From the NCBI RefSeq assembly GCF_006345805.1, contig NC_043004.1, positions 105,152,001-105,216,000 on the forward strand: a DNA stretch of 64,000 bases, written 5' to 3'. The translations under genes were made by a program, and so were the position numbers. Shown piece after piece: positions 1 to 11,936 of the stretch (within the stretch, counting starts at the first letter, position 1; each line of letters opens with the position of its first letter). Below the pieces are notes generated by a model that saw only the letters and a program-made list of their open reading frames with translations, was not told the DNA's origin and did not search any database. The DNA comes from Octopus sinensis. Its lineage: Eukaryota.

Positions 1-558
1 AGTGTGTTGTCTCACAGTTGCTGACAGTAAGCTTCATTTCTCCATCTGACCAAGGTTCTAGCTGGTCAGCCAGACTTCGATGTCACCGATTTGACTAACT
101 CGTTGAGTCGTCACCGACTGAGTTTTGCTTGGGGTGTTCTTGCTTTTATAACTATCTAGAAGGATAGACATATCATTGAGAACAATAGATTTAGTTGGTG
201 ATCTTGTTATCTCTATTCTAGCTTTTGGAAGGATCAAGTGATGAAGACATTATTTCAGCCTAGCTAAAGGCATCTGGAAAATGTAAAACTGCTGTCAGAG
301 AAAAACCATTGTTCCACCGTGAGAAAAGTTCTGTTGAAGTGTTAATTTAAATTTTGCTATGGTGGGTCGAATCTATTTCATGCATGCAAGATCCACTACA
401 TATATATTATTATCTATCATACTGTTTTTCTTTTTCAATGCAGCAAACGTCCCATATATTTTTCTCCTTGTCATTTATTTGTCTCTATAGCATTTAGCGT
501 AATGCTCAACTATCTCTACCACGACACTGCTCTTATTATAACAACAATTTCTAATATT

Positions 559-755
559 GGCTTCAAATTTTAGCACAGGGCCAGCAATTTTGGGTTACAT
601 CGACCTCAGTATTTAACTGGCACCCATTTTACCGACTCCGAAAGGATGAAAGGGAAAGTTGATCTCATCGGAATTTGAACTCAAAACGTGAAAACGTACG
701 AAATACCGCTGTGCATTTTGCCCAGCGGGCTAACGATTCTGCCAGCTCGCTGCCT
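559..755 (+). mobile_element. SINE-like repeat, family A (core GGATGAAAGGCAAAGTCGACCTCGGCGGAATTTGAAC)
   Basis: The same core and the 3' segment GCTAACGATTCTGCCAGCTCGC recur at about 2636-2810(-), 21190-21400(+), 23120-23280(+), 41245-41420(+), 41455-41655(+), 44095-44265(+), 54490-54660(-) and 55805-56020(+). Confidence 0.8.
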
Positions 756-925
756 TGCAACGATTTCTCATATTCGCACAAAATCTGAAAAGATACAGGA
801 GAGATAAAGTTGAGTGAATGTATTTGGGATATGACTGTTATTTCATCAGTAGAATTTGAACTCAAAAATAAAATGGTATATTTAAATATAGCAAAACATT
901 ACGTCCAGTAGGCTATCCGTACTGT

Positions 926-1160
926 GGAGGCGCGTGGCTTAGTGGTTAGGGCGTCAGCATCATGATCGTAAGATTGTGGTTTCGATTCCTGGACCGGGCG
1001 ACGCGTTGTATTCTTGAGCAAAACATGTCAATTCATGTTGCTCCAGTCCACTCAGCTGGCAAAAATGAGTAACGCTGCGATGGACTGGCGTCCCGTCCAG
1101 CTGGGGTACACATACGCCATTGAAACCGGGCCCATGAGCCTGGCTAGGCTTTAAAAAAAG
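926..1160 (+). mobile_element. tRNA-derived SINE with CORE-like middle
   Basis: A-box-like TGGCTTAGTGG and B-box-like GGTTTCGATTCC, then TTCTTGAGCAAAAC...GCTCCAGTCCACTCAGCTGG, ending in an A-rich tail. Related minus-strand copies at 10590-10722, 41680-41990 and 62170-63590 (the last interrupted by the LTR element). Confidence 0.8.
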
Positions 1161-1166
1161 CACATG

Positions 1167-1480
1167 TGGAGACGCAATGACTCAGTGGTTAGGGCAGCGG
1201 ACTCGCTGTCGGAGGATCGCGGTTTCGATTCCCAGATCGGGCGTTGTGTGCGTTTATTGAGTGAAAACACCAGAAGCTCCACGAGACTCTGGCAGGGGGT
1301 GGGGTGGTGACCCCTGTTGTACTCTTTCGCCCCAACTTTCTCCCACTCTCTTTTCCTGTTTCTTGTGTAATGCTGCGATGAACTGACGTCCCGTCCAGCT
1401 ATAGGGGAACACATACGCCGTAGAAACCGAGAAACCGATCCCATGGAGCCTGGCTAGGCTTGAAAATGGCGCATAAATAA
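1167..1480 (+). mobile_element. chimeric tRNA-derived SINE
   Basis: The head matches the 22172 family. The 3' part (GCTGCGATG..CGTCCCGTCCAGCT..GAGCCTGGCTAGGCTT) matches the neighbouring 926-1160 SINE. Confidence 0.7.
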
Positions 1481-1899
1481 ATATGATAAAATAAGGCTAT
1501 CAGTACTACTACCCCTGCCTTCGAACTTACCATTATAATAGTTACAACACAAACGACGATGTTTTGGCAGAATCGTTTGAGGGTCGACAAAATACTGTTG
1601 TTGGGAGGGGGTGATTGTTTATTAGTTACAAGATAAGAGGATGCCTTTTTTAGTCATGAACGACCCAACCATAGATAAATGCTGTTTCCATTATTTATTA
1701 TTTCAAATAGTTTATATTTTACACATGAATCAATATTATAGTGGAAAACATTCGCTGGGATGTGTGTGCTACTTAAAGCTTTACAATACTTGAGGTGGGA
1801 GTATTGTTTTGGTTAATTCTGTTACGTGACATATGGTCATGATTATCATAAACAGAATACAAGCTGATAATTTTATAGAAAGATATTTGCATGTATATT

Positions 1900-1916
1900 T
1901 AGATAGATAAATAGAT

Positions 1917-1969
<53 letters not shown>

Positions 1970-1986
1970 CAGATAGACAGGTAGAC

Positions 1987-2063
<77 letters not shown>

Positions 2064-2110
2064 TACAGACAGATAGATAGATATACAGACAGATAGATAG
2101 ATATACAGAC

Positions 2111-2173
<63 letters not shown>

Positions 2174-2220
2174 GATAGATAGATAGATAGATAGATACAG
2201 ATAGATAGATAGATAGATAC

Positions 2221-2308
<88 letters not shown>
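1900..2308. repeat. (ATAG)n microsatellite, about 400 bp
   Basis: Direct reading. It accounts for ORF 1873-2322. Confidence 0.97.
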
Positions 2309-2309
<1 letters not shown>

Positions 2310-2971
2310 TGTAAGGCGGCATTACAACACCAGGTTAATTACCTTTCCCGAAATGAAAGCACATTAAGTAAAACAGGACGACAGGGCTATCATATGGTTT
2401 GCCCCCTCTCTTTAAGAGCCATGTGCTCAATAAAAGAAATTAGGGCTATCATATGATAGCTTTATTTCAAGGTTCACTACGACTTTTTAAAACCTCGAGC
2501 AAACCGTCTAGAACTTTCGAAAATACAATTTGGCGGGAATTCACATAAATTTTCTTTAAAGTCTGCTGTTCTTAATTGCTACATACTGCAGCTGGTCATG
2601 ACTTTTATGAAAATATAATTGAGCTATGATTCTAGGGCGGCGAGTTGGCAGAATCTTAAGCACATCGGACAAAATTGCTTAGCGGCATTTCGTCTGTCTT
2701 TACGTTCTGAGTTCAAATTCTGCTGAGGTCGACTTTCGGGGTCGATGAAATGAGTACCAGTTGAGCACTGCGGTCGATGTAATCGACTTTACCACTCCTT
2801 CAAAATCGAGGTAGAGACCTGCCACGCTGTATTTATATGAGCAACTTCACGTTATGAGTTCAAATCCCATCGTGATCAGCGTTGCGTTCTACCCTTCAGA
2901 TGTTGATGAAATAAAGTATCAGCTAAATCAAACACTGGGGTTGATTTAACAACCAAGTCTGAACTAGCTTA

Positions 2972-3213
2972 CTCTCTCTTTACTCTTTTACTCTTTTACT
3001 TGTTTCAGTCATTTGACTGCGGCCATGCTGGAGCACCGCCTTTGGTCGAGCAAATCGACACCTGGACTTATTCTTTGTAAGCCTAGTACTTATTCTATCG
3101 GTCCCTTTTGCCGAACCGCTACATTACGGGGACGTAAACACACCAGCATCGGTTGTGAAGCGATGTTGGGGGGGGGGGCAAACACAGACACACAAACATA
3201 TACACACACATAC

Positions 3214-3259
<46 letters not shown>
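2972..3259 (-). mobile_element. composite SINE family B, 3' half with internal (TA)n/(TACA)n
   Basis: CTCTTTTACTTGTTTCAGTCATTTGACTGCGGCCATGCTGGAGCACCGCC motif. Fuller copies at about 7622-8030(-), 17758-18110(-), 35044-35430(+), 40305-40685(+), 42955-43345(-), 45268-45530(-), 49565-49825(+), 57600-57840(-), 58030-58260(+) and 60720-61300(+). Confidence 0.85.
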
Positions 3260-3261
<2 letters not shown>

Positions 3262-3524
3262 CTTTTAGAATACCCACCGGGGATAATTTGAAATCGATTT
3301 CAAGTTACCCCCTACGATTTCAGATTACCTCCGCCTAAAATCTTTCGTCGCTGTGATAGCAAATAGGGAGATAATGTATGTGTTGATGTTTATAATGTGT
3401 ATGTATGCGTAATGCACATTTGTAAATGAAAGAGAAAGTCAGAGCTTTCATTTGGTTGGGGTTTTCCCTTGAAGCTGAAAAAAACTTGAAAGAAGCATAT
3501 CCGAAATTGCTACTTTTAGTACAG

Positions 3525-5075
3525 AAGACAAAGCTGACAACATTGATTTGATATTTGATTATGTTGTTAACAACAAATATGGACCTCATATGTCCAAAAA
3601 CGAAAAGGCAAACCTATGAAGGCTCTCTAAGCATTGTGTTGCACGGAGTGGTCAACTCTACTGTCGTCACAGAGCGGGGAGTAAGAAATTCTGAAAATGA
3701 ATACTGAGAGGTCTTCGTCATTCGCAATCTGGATGAACAGAAGAGTATTAATTCAAGTAGTCACATGGGCTGTGGACACAGTGACACTGCCCGCTGCCTG
3801 GGAAGTCATCTTGGTGTCGACGGAACAAGGGCTAAAATTTTTCGAGAGGTTTTATTGGAAAAATGTGTCAAAAAGTGAACCCTGTTTACAAAATTAATGT
3901 TCGAGAACTTCATCCGGTTCCTGTGTCAAATGAAGCGATGGCACAAATTGGTGTCGATCTCACTAAAACAGATGATGGTTATTGCTGCATTATTGTTGCA
4001 ATGGATAACTTTTCCAAATGGCCTGAATCTCAACCTTCGAATGTCAGCATAAAAATTCAAATAAATGACCAAGGAAGAGAATTCGTAAGTAGAATGTCTG
4101 CTGAACTATATAAACTGACAGGAACAGAGTAGCACACAACAAGGAGAAATTACAACCGTGTTTCGTGGTCTGCTACCACAACAGCTCCTTTATAGGATCC
4201 AGTTAGCTCAAGACATCATCAGGAGGAACCACGTCCGGTTTCGGCCCCTACTCCTCTACCGTTTTGACGTGGTTCCCCCCACCCCTTTGGAAGTGTCTTC
4301 AACTCTGGTGTTGGGTGCATATCTTCTTTCTTCTGTTCCCTGGCCTCTTCGATGCATTGTCAGCCGGTGACTGACTGACTTGTCAAATTTTCCCCTTTAA
4401 ATACCTGCTGCTAGGCTCCAGCAGGCAGCCCCAGCCAGTTGTCACGTGACACTGTCTCATCTTAACTGACAAGTGAAGGCGCGTAGTTTTAGCCCGCGCA
4501 TTCTCTAAACGACCGTCACCTGTCAGTCAGCCACCCTCAAGCAAACAGCCTCGTGGAGCGACAGAATCGCACTATAAAAGATACTTTATCAAATCCTTTG
4601 AGTACCGTGGCAACTGGGTTGAATGCTTACCAGTAGATCTGTTTGCGTGTCGAACAGCCAAACATTCTTCAACACATTTTACCCCATTTCAAATTTTATA
4701 CAACACTTCCAGTTGAACTACAGCACAACTCAACTGCCAAAGATCGGGACAGTCTGGAAATGATCAATCTATATCCAGAAAAATTGATGTTATGACAGCT
4801 ATTCGGGACAGAATGATTTCTTGAGTTTCCTCCAATATTAGAATATCTTAGTCCGTTCATAAAGAACAATACGATAGAAAACACGAGCTACAGCAGTTCA
4901 GGGTTGGAAATGAAGTTCTGCTCAAAAGCCTAATTTGGGAGGACAGAAAGGGGTGACATTTTAGGGGACGCCGCACAGGTCCTTACACTGTTGCAGAAGT
5001 TTGGCAAAAATACTTATCGACTTTCAAATAACAATAAAGTACTAGAAAAGAAAGTAAATGCTACCAACCTCACCT
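3525..5075 (+). mobile_element. degenerate Ginger/GIN-like (Gypsy-integrase-related) transposase
   Basis: Translation across stops and frameshifts gives, in order: ADNIDLIFDYVVNNKYGPHMSKNEKANL; GSHLGVDGTRAKIFERFYWKNV..CQK (HHCC zinc region); QIGVDL..IVAMDNFSKWPE; NDQGREF; HPQANSLVERQNRTIKD; RTAKHSSTHFTPFQILY; RTGPYTVAEV..NTYRL (GPY/F). No RT or RNase H is visible upstream. Confidence 0.8.
4131..4530 (-). mobile_element. ~400-bp non-coding insertion, possibly a Penelope-like/retrozyme-like terminus
   Basis: Interrupts the integrase between ...KLTGTE and HPQAN. The minus strand carries CCTGATGA...CGAAAC and several hairpins. Confidence 0.45.
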
Positions 5076-6030
5076 GATATAGTGAGCAACCACCAGCAAA
5101 GGAAAAACAAATTACGAAAATCAAGATACCCCAGCTCCAAGCTAAAAAAAAACAAACCTGCAGTGATGTTTTGATGTATATAAATACATTTCGTAACCAG
5201 TTTAAAGTGTTTAAATGAATTTCGCTTTGTACATAAAACACATCGTTCTTCAAATCAATCTCTTATTGTTACATTCTGTCAACTCAACTCAGTTCACTAT
5301 CAACAGCATCCACCTGCTACATGTATATAGAAAAAAGTACTTTAATCCAAATCGCTTTCGCATTACCAAAAACAAAAAAGAAAAAAAATGTGTTTCTAAG
5401 AAAAAATGGCAAACACAGAATCTCTGATATTCGACGGGTTTTTTTCAGCGCATCATAAAAATGTTTTTAAAAGAATCTAATATTTTTGTCTTATTTTCAT
5501 ATTTTAAGATTAGTTTGCTATCTTGAATGTTAATCCGTGTGTAACAGTTGATTCTTGGGAAAGCTGCAATTCTCTTGTTCGACGTCACCAATTGTGACGA
5601 TAAGTATTTGTAACGATAAAGTTTTTAGTTGAAGTCGAGGGTCACCAGTTTGTAAAAGATAGTCTGACGGAAATTCTTCAAGAACAGATCAGCCAGTTGG
5701 TTCTTGTCAACGCTCAAAGTTTCTGCGAGAATGCTGTCACATTTCCCCTTAAGTTCCACCGGTCATGTTGCTTGGCTGCACGATGATGGGAGCATCAGAT
5801 GACACTTCAGATGTCAGACATTCAGTGTTCGGTGTTCTTTTGACCGAAGGGTTGAAAATCCATTAAAGAGACAAGCTTTGGAAGACATGACTGACATAGT
5901 GTGACTGCACATGCTCACAGCCCACGAAACCCTGTAGACATCGTAGATTCAGTTCATGTCTGTGCATCATTTGATGCTGCATACCGAATCCCTCACCCCT
6001 ACGCAGTGGGTGTTCGCGGTAGATGGACCG

Positions 6031-6437
6031 CCTATTTCTTTACTACCCACAAGGGGCTAAACACAGAGAGGACAATCAAGGACAGACAAACGGATTAAGT
6101 CGATTTTATCGACCCCACTGCATAACTGGTACTTATTTAAAGGATGAAAGGCAAAGTCGACCTCAGCGGAATTTGAACTCAGAACGTATCGGCAGACGAA
6201 ATACCTATTTCTTCATTACCCACAAGGGGCTAAACACAGAGGGGACAAACAAGGACAGACATAGGTATTAAGTCGATTACATCGACCCCAGTGCGTAACT
6301 GGTACTTAATTTATCGACCCCGAAAGGATGAAAGGCAAAGTCGACCTCGGCGGAATTTGAACTCACAACGTAACGCAGACGAAATACCGCTAAGCATTTC
6401 GCCCGGCGTGCTAACGATTCTGCCAGCTCGCCGCCTT
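6031..6437 (+). repeat. tandem array of ~175-185-bp family-A SINE units, about 2.2 copies
   Basis: CCTATTTCTT..ACCCACAAGGGGCTAAACACAGAG starts at 6031 and 6204, each followed by the family-A core. Confidence 0.9.
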
Positions 6438-6673
6438 TTGCAGATGGACCACCTAATTTGTAGAATATGTCTCGTGTCCATCAGTAGTAAAAGAGCAGAC
6501 ACTTCGATCTGGTCAGATGAAAATTGGAGCAAAACATGGAGACGTTGTACTCATTCACTACCACCACCACCACCACCACCACCACAGCCTGACCTTTCAT
6601 GGATAGCTTCTAAGTCTTTTTTTCTGGATCAGGATTGCGATCCTACAAAATGCTGGAGAAAATAAAATAAAAA

Positions 6674-7186
6674 TCTATATATATAAAACTGTAGTTGTGT
6701 GAGTGTCTGTCTCCTACGATTTAGATTCCTAACTCCTCCCACATTTTGCGGTGCAGTTTAACCAAATTCGGGTATCTTATAGTCGTGATTCATATCGAGC
6801 CCGTCTGGGTATTAGCGCGCGTCTACGATGAGTCTACGATTTAAAAAATAATTTAACATCATTTTTTATTCCATTTTAATGCATAATTTTTCGTGTGTCG
6901 ATGGCGGCGGAGTTGGCGTCCATGGTCACACCTGCACCTGTTTGCTTCTCCCCTTTCTTCCCTCCCTCGTGAAGCTGTGGGGAAGGGAGTGTAAGGAAAT
7001 CAACGTCGTAAAGCGTTGTCAAGGAGACCAGCGTTCTTTTAGAACAACGACTTCATGGCTTGAAGACACCAAAACAGAAATGGCTAAGAAAGCCCGAATT
7101 GGCATCTATAAAGGAAGTAACTCTCTAAAAATGCTTATATAGTTATTTCCCTTACAAACCCGAGCAACGCCGGGCGATACTGCTAG
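6674..7186 (+). mobile_element. non-autonomous Helitron
   Basis: 5' A|TC start, subterminal hairpin CCCGAGCAACGCCGGG, 3' CTAG|T end, consistent with insertion between A and T. Confidence 0.85.
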
Positions 7187-7798
7187 TAAAAAATAAATGA
7201 AATCTGCAGTCATTTGTTGGTTCACTGCTAACAAGTTTAGCGTCATGCGCCTTACGGGAATTGTCTCCCCTACATTGTTCGGCGAGGCAACTTCTCAGCC
7301 CGCTGCATTAACTCCGTTGATTAATGCGTTTTCTTAGTTGAAGGAACATCTGAGGCTTAAAATATCAAAATATCTGTCAGAAATGTTTTATGTTATACCT
7401 TTTCCTTTCCACGAAGAAGGACCTAACTTCTACCTCTGATTATTTTTTTCCTTTCTCTCTCTTTGGTTATTTCTAAGAAGAAATAAACAGAAACGTCAGA
7501 AGAAACACTTCCGATGGAATTCTTTTTTCTTTTTTTTTTGGTATTTTACCGACTCAAATAAATAAATAAATGATTTTCTTCGACGAATTCTTATTCATTT
7601 TGCAGCATCACTTCTAGAATGTCTTATATTTTATCTTTCAACTGTTTCAGTCATTTAACTGCGGCCATGCTGGAGTACGGCCTTGAATTGTTGAGTCGAA
7701 CAAATAGAAACAAAGACACACACGCACACACACACATAATAATAGTAATAATAATAATAGTTCTTGGATGGAATTTATACACACACACACATATATAC

Positions 7799-7867
<69 letters not shown>

Positions 7868-8616
7868 CACGGCGGAATTCTTTCAGTTTCCGTCTACCAT
7901 ATCCACCTCACAAGGCTTTGGTCACCCCGAGGGTATAATAGAAGACACTAGCTCAAGGTGCCACGCAGTGGGGTTGAACACGGAACCATGTGGTTGGGAA
8001 GCAAGCTTCTTACAACACACCCACGCCTAATAACTTTTTTTATCAAGCTCCAACGATGTCTTCTTTTCCTTTTCTAAATACATCCTTTTAAAATGGAAGA
8101 ATACAGAGATCAGGATAACAACACTTATGTTCTTAACCTCATCCGGATACTCAGGATGTTTATCATGTTTGCTTCTTGAACGCTTTTTTTTATTTTTATA
8201 TTTTTAAAGAATAAAGTTCAGTGTCGTTGCCACCACCACCACCACCACCACCACCACCCTCACCACCCTCACCGCCACCACCATCACCACCACCATCACT
8301 TTCGTCGTTTAACTTGACCATTAATAAAGGGTGTGGTTGGTAAACTAATGCATTGTCAACTGCTTTTCTAAACTATATAGAAGTTACCAAATCAAAACTA
8401 AGACACCAAATCTACAAATGAAAGACTTTGATACTACAGACAATAAATCAAATGGGATGAAGACAAAAAAAATAGAAAAGCAAAAATATATCACAGCTCA
8501 TTAGCTGAAACTGGAAAATCAAAATCAAATCAAAATCAAAATATTTGTTTGGATGCTTATTTCCAATACGGTTTCAACCAAACAACTGCAATAAGAGTTT
8601 TAATATTTCGTTTTAG

Positions 8617-9385
8617 AGGCGGCGAGCTGGCAGAAACGTTAGCACGCCGGGCGAAATGCTTAGCGGTATTTCGTCTGCGTTACGTTGTGAGTTCAAAATC
8701 CGCCGAGGTCGACTTTGCCTTTCATCCTTTCGGGGTCGATAAATTAAGTACCAGTTACGCACTGGGGTCGATGTAATCGACTTAATACCTATGTCTGTCC
8801 TTGTTTGTCCCCTCTGTGTTTAGCCCCTTGTGGGTAATAAAGAAATAGGTATTTCGTCTGCCGTTACGTTGTGAGTTCAAATTCCGCCGAGGTCGACTTT
8901 GCCTTTCATCCTTTCGGGGTCAATAAATTAAGTACCAGTTACGCACTGGGGTCGATGTAATCGACTTACTCCATTTGTTTGTCCTTGTTTGTCCCCTTTA
9001 TGTTTAGCCCCTTGTGGGTAGTAAAGAAATAGGTATTTCGTCTACTGTTACATTCTGAGTTCAAATTCCGCCGAGGTTAACTTTGCCTTTCATTCTTTCG
9101 GGGTCGATTAAATAAGTACCAGTTACGCACAGGGGTCGATATAATCGACTTAATCCGTTTGTCTGTCCTTGTTTGTCTCCTCTGTGTTTAGCCCCTTGTG
9201 GGTAGTAAAGAAATAGGTACTTCGTCTGTCTTTATACTCTGAGTTCAAATTCCGCGGAGGTCGATTTCACCTTTCGGGTCGATAAATTAAGTACCATTTG
9301 CGTACTGGAGTCGATCGATCTAATCGACAGCCCCACTCCCCCAAAGTTTCGGGCCTTGAGCCTAGAGTAGAAAAGAATATTTCGT
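8617..9385 (-). repeat. tandem array of 183-184-bp family-A SINE units, about 4 copies
   Basis: GTA(T/C)TTCGTCT recurs at 8666, 8849, 9033 and 9217. The array is the reverse complement of 6031-6437. Confidence 0.92.
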
Positions 9386-9944
9386 TTTAGAATATATCTC
9401 TTCCGTTCGCAATATATTTCTGTGTGAAGTGGTGGGGCAGACGGAAAGTTTGTACGTGACAAATGAGGATTCGGAATTCTTTTTTGTTTTTTTGTTTTTT
9501 TCTTCTGGCAGTTCGGGTTGCCTGATTATGAGAACATGCCTCGTGCAGCCTGCTTGCTTCTAAAGAGAAAAAATAAAGGGTGTTGCTGAATGCAGGCTTC
9601 AACGATCCCTTGGGGAAAATATCTTTCTCAAGTTACAACAAACCATCATTCAGTGGGGGTGGGGTAGGGAGAACATAATCTAATGTTAGTCAAGCAAAAA
9701 TACTGGATGGTCATGGTTGGAACACCTTCGAGCATAAGTAAGTCTGCTTGATCAGGCATGACGTGGGGCGAAACAACGAAAGCAACCTTCAGCGACAACA
9801 CGCACATACATAGGCACACATGCACGCGCACGTTGTTGTTTACTTACACACACACACACACACATGTATGTATATATATTAATATGCAGTTGTCCGATTA
9901 ATTAATATGCAGTATATGTCCGATCATAGAGTATGATACACTAA

Positions 9945-10335
<391 letters not shown>

Positions 10336-11308
10336 ATACATACATACATACATACAGAGTGGAATGAATAAACTGTCGTCTAAATTACGCAAGAATGAAA
10401 ATAACACAGACATGTCGAACTAAAATCGATATTGAACATCCTTTGTTTCTAAGAAAATATTTTCAGAAATCCCATGTAGATTATTTGCTATTTTTGTTGT
10501 TGTTTTAACCCTTCCCGAATCCTATAGTCTCATAAGTGTCTATTTCCCGGTTTTTGTGACGCGTATTTTCCTCCCTAGACGTCAGAATATTACTCATTTT
10601 AACCAGCTGAGTGGACTGGAGCAACATGAGACGAAGGAATGCAACAAGTCGAGCGGTCCGGGAATCGAAACCGCAATCTTACGACTATGGGTCCAACACC
10701 CTAACCACTAAGCCACATACCTCCGGTTGTTGTTGTTTTGTCCCCATGTAATCTCTGTTAAAGCAGATCTATGCTCCGTTTATCCATGTTGGCATAGATT
10801 GGTCAGGTCTGATCAGGTGTGGGGGGCATTCACTGTTTTAGGGCGTCGTTGGCACTTATTCATTTGTCAGTTTTTGCTCGGGTTTTCCCGAGCAATCCTC
10901 CGAGCAGTCTGTCTCCCGGTCAATTCCCTTCCCTACGAGATACTTCTTCATCAGCCGTAGCCGTGCAACAAGTGGTCCGCCAACATGAGCTGTCACCCCG
11001 GCCGGATTCTGAAAGAAAACATCAAACTAAGGACCCAATTCGGAAAATCGAGCAAGATCGTTGGAATGAGTCAATATGTCAGTTTTTCTTTTGATAGTTG
11101 CTCCCCAGTTACATACTTAGAGAATGACCTGTGCAGGGCAGCCCTAGAGTTTGCTGCTCCACCCCACCCATCGGGTCCCAAAGCCCCGCGACCTTATACA
11201 GTAGACACAAATGTGCTGCCTCTATAAAAGCGTCACTCGGTATGGAAAGCTCCTTCCTCAGCCCCACCTGCTATGCTACTGTTGCTCCATTCCTACATGG
11301 GTTTAGAG

Positions 11309-11936
11309 CAACGTTTCTCGACCATCTTTTGCCTATGGCTCCCTTTGGTTCCTATGTTACTCTACAGCACCTACATAGCCATTCGATGTACATGAAAAAA
11401 CCTTACTGTAGTTTTATAATTAAACTAGTAGTATCGCCCGGCGTTGCTCGGGTTTGTTAGGGAAATAACTATATAAGCATTTTTAAAGTATATAGCCATC
11501 TCAATATGGCTAACCACAAAGGGGGGGGGTGTTACTGTAGCTTTTTACGTTCTGAGATTTAATAATAAATTTTTAGAGAGTTACTTCCCTTATATATGCC
11601 AAAAATGCATTAAAAATGGGAAAAATTGATGGTAATTTTTTTTTTAAATCGTAGACTCATCGTAGATGCGCACTAATACCCAGAAGGGCACGATATAAAT
11701 CACGACTATAAAGATACCCGGTTTTGGTTAAACTGCACCGCAAAATGTGGGAGTAGTTAGGAATCTAAATCGTAGGAGACAGACAGCACACAACCTCTCT
11801 TTTATATGTAAAGATATTACTAAGAATTCTATTTTTTAAAAATTAAAATATTTTGTGTATTGTGAAAGTATAATCAATTTGTTGCTGATAAATTTTAATA
11901 GCAAAATCTTATATGAATCCCGGTTGAGAATCGCTG
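11309..11936. mobile_element. hAT-type MITE with nested Helitron
   Basis: Ends CAACGTTTCTCGACC and GGTTGAGAATCGCTG form an imperfect TIR. Flanks GTTTAGAG and TGTTAGAA look like a decayed 8-bp TSD. Confidence 0.6.
11425..11814 (-). mobile_element. non-autonomous Helitron, same family as 6674-7186
   Basis: Reverse-complement similarity to 6674-7186, including the CCCGAGCAACGCCGGG hairpin, CTAG end and TC start. Internally shorter. Confidence 0.85.

Noticed and set aside
926-1000. tRNA-like sequences (also 22172, 35044, 40305)
   Set aside because: They are SINE heads: no complete cloverleaf, and each continues into a repeat body.
1873-2322. 149-aa ORF (also the ORFs at 9924-10423, 23851-24321 and 25565-26149)
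   Set aside because: Simple-repeat translations with no real coding complexity.
5560-5900. Minus-strand frame VELKGKCDSILAETLSVDKNQLADLFLKNFRQTIF
   Set aside because: No diagnostic motif. Possibly a transposase HTH remnant, but too weak to call.
6578-6643. Minus-strand exon-like segment reading DRNPDPEKK..
   Set aside because: As given (7 A's) all frames hit stops. It would need a homopolymer correction that I cannot verify.
10740-11290. GC-richer block with several 77-109-aa ORFs
   Set aside because: No recognisable domain or splice context. Probably a retroelement fragment, but not assignable.
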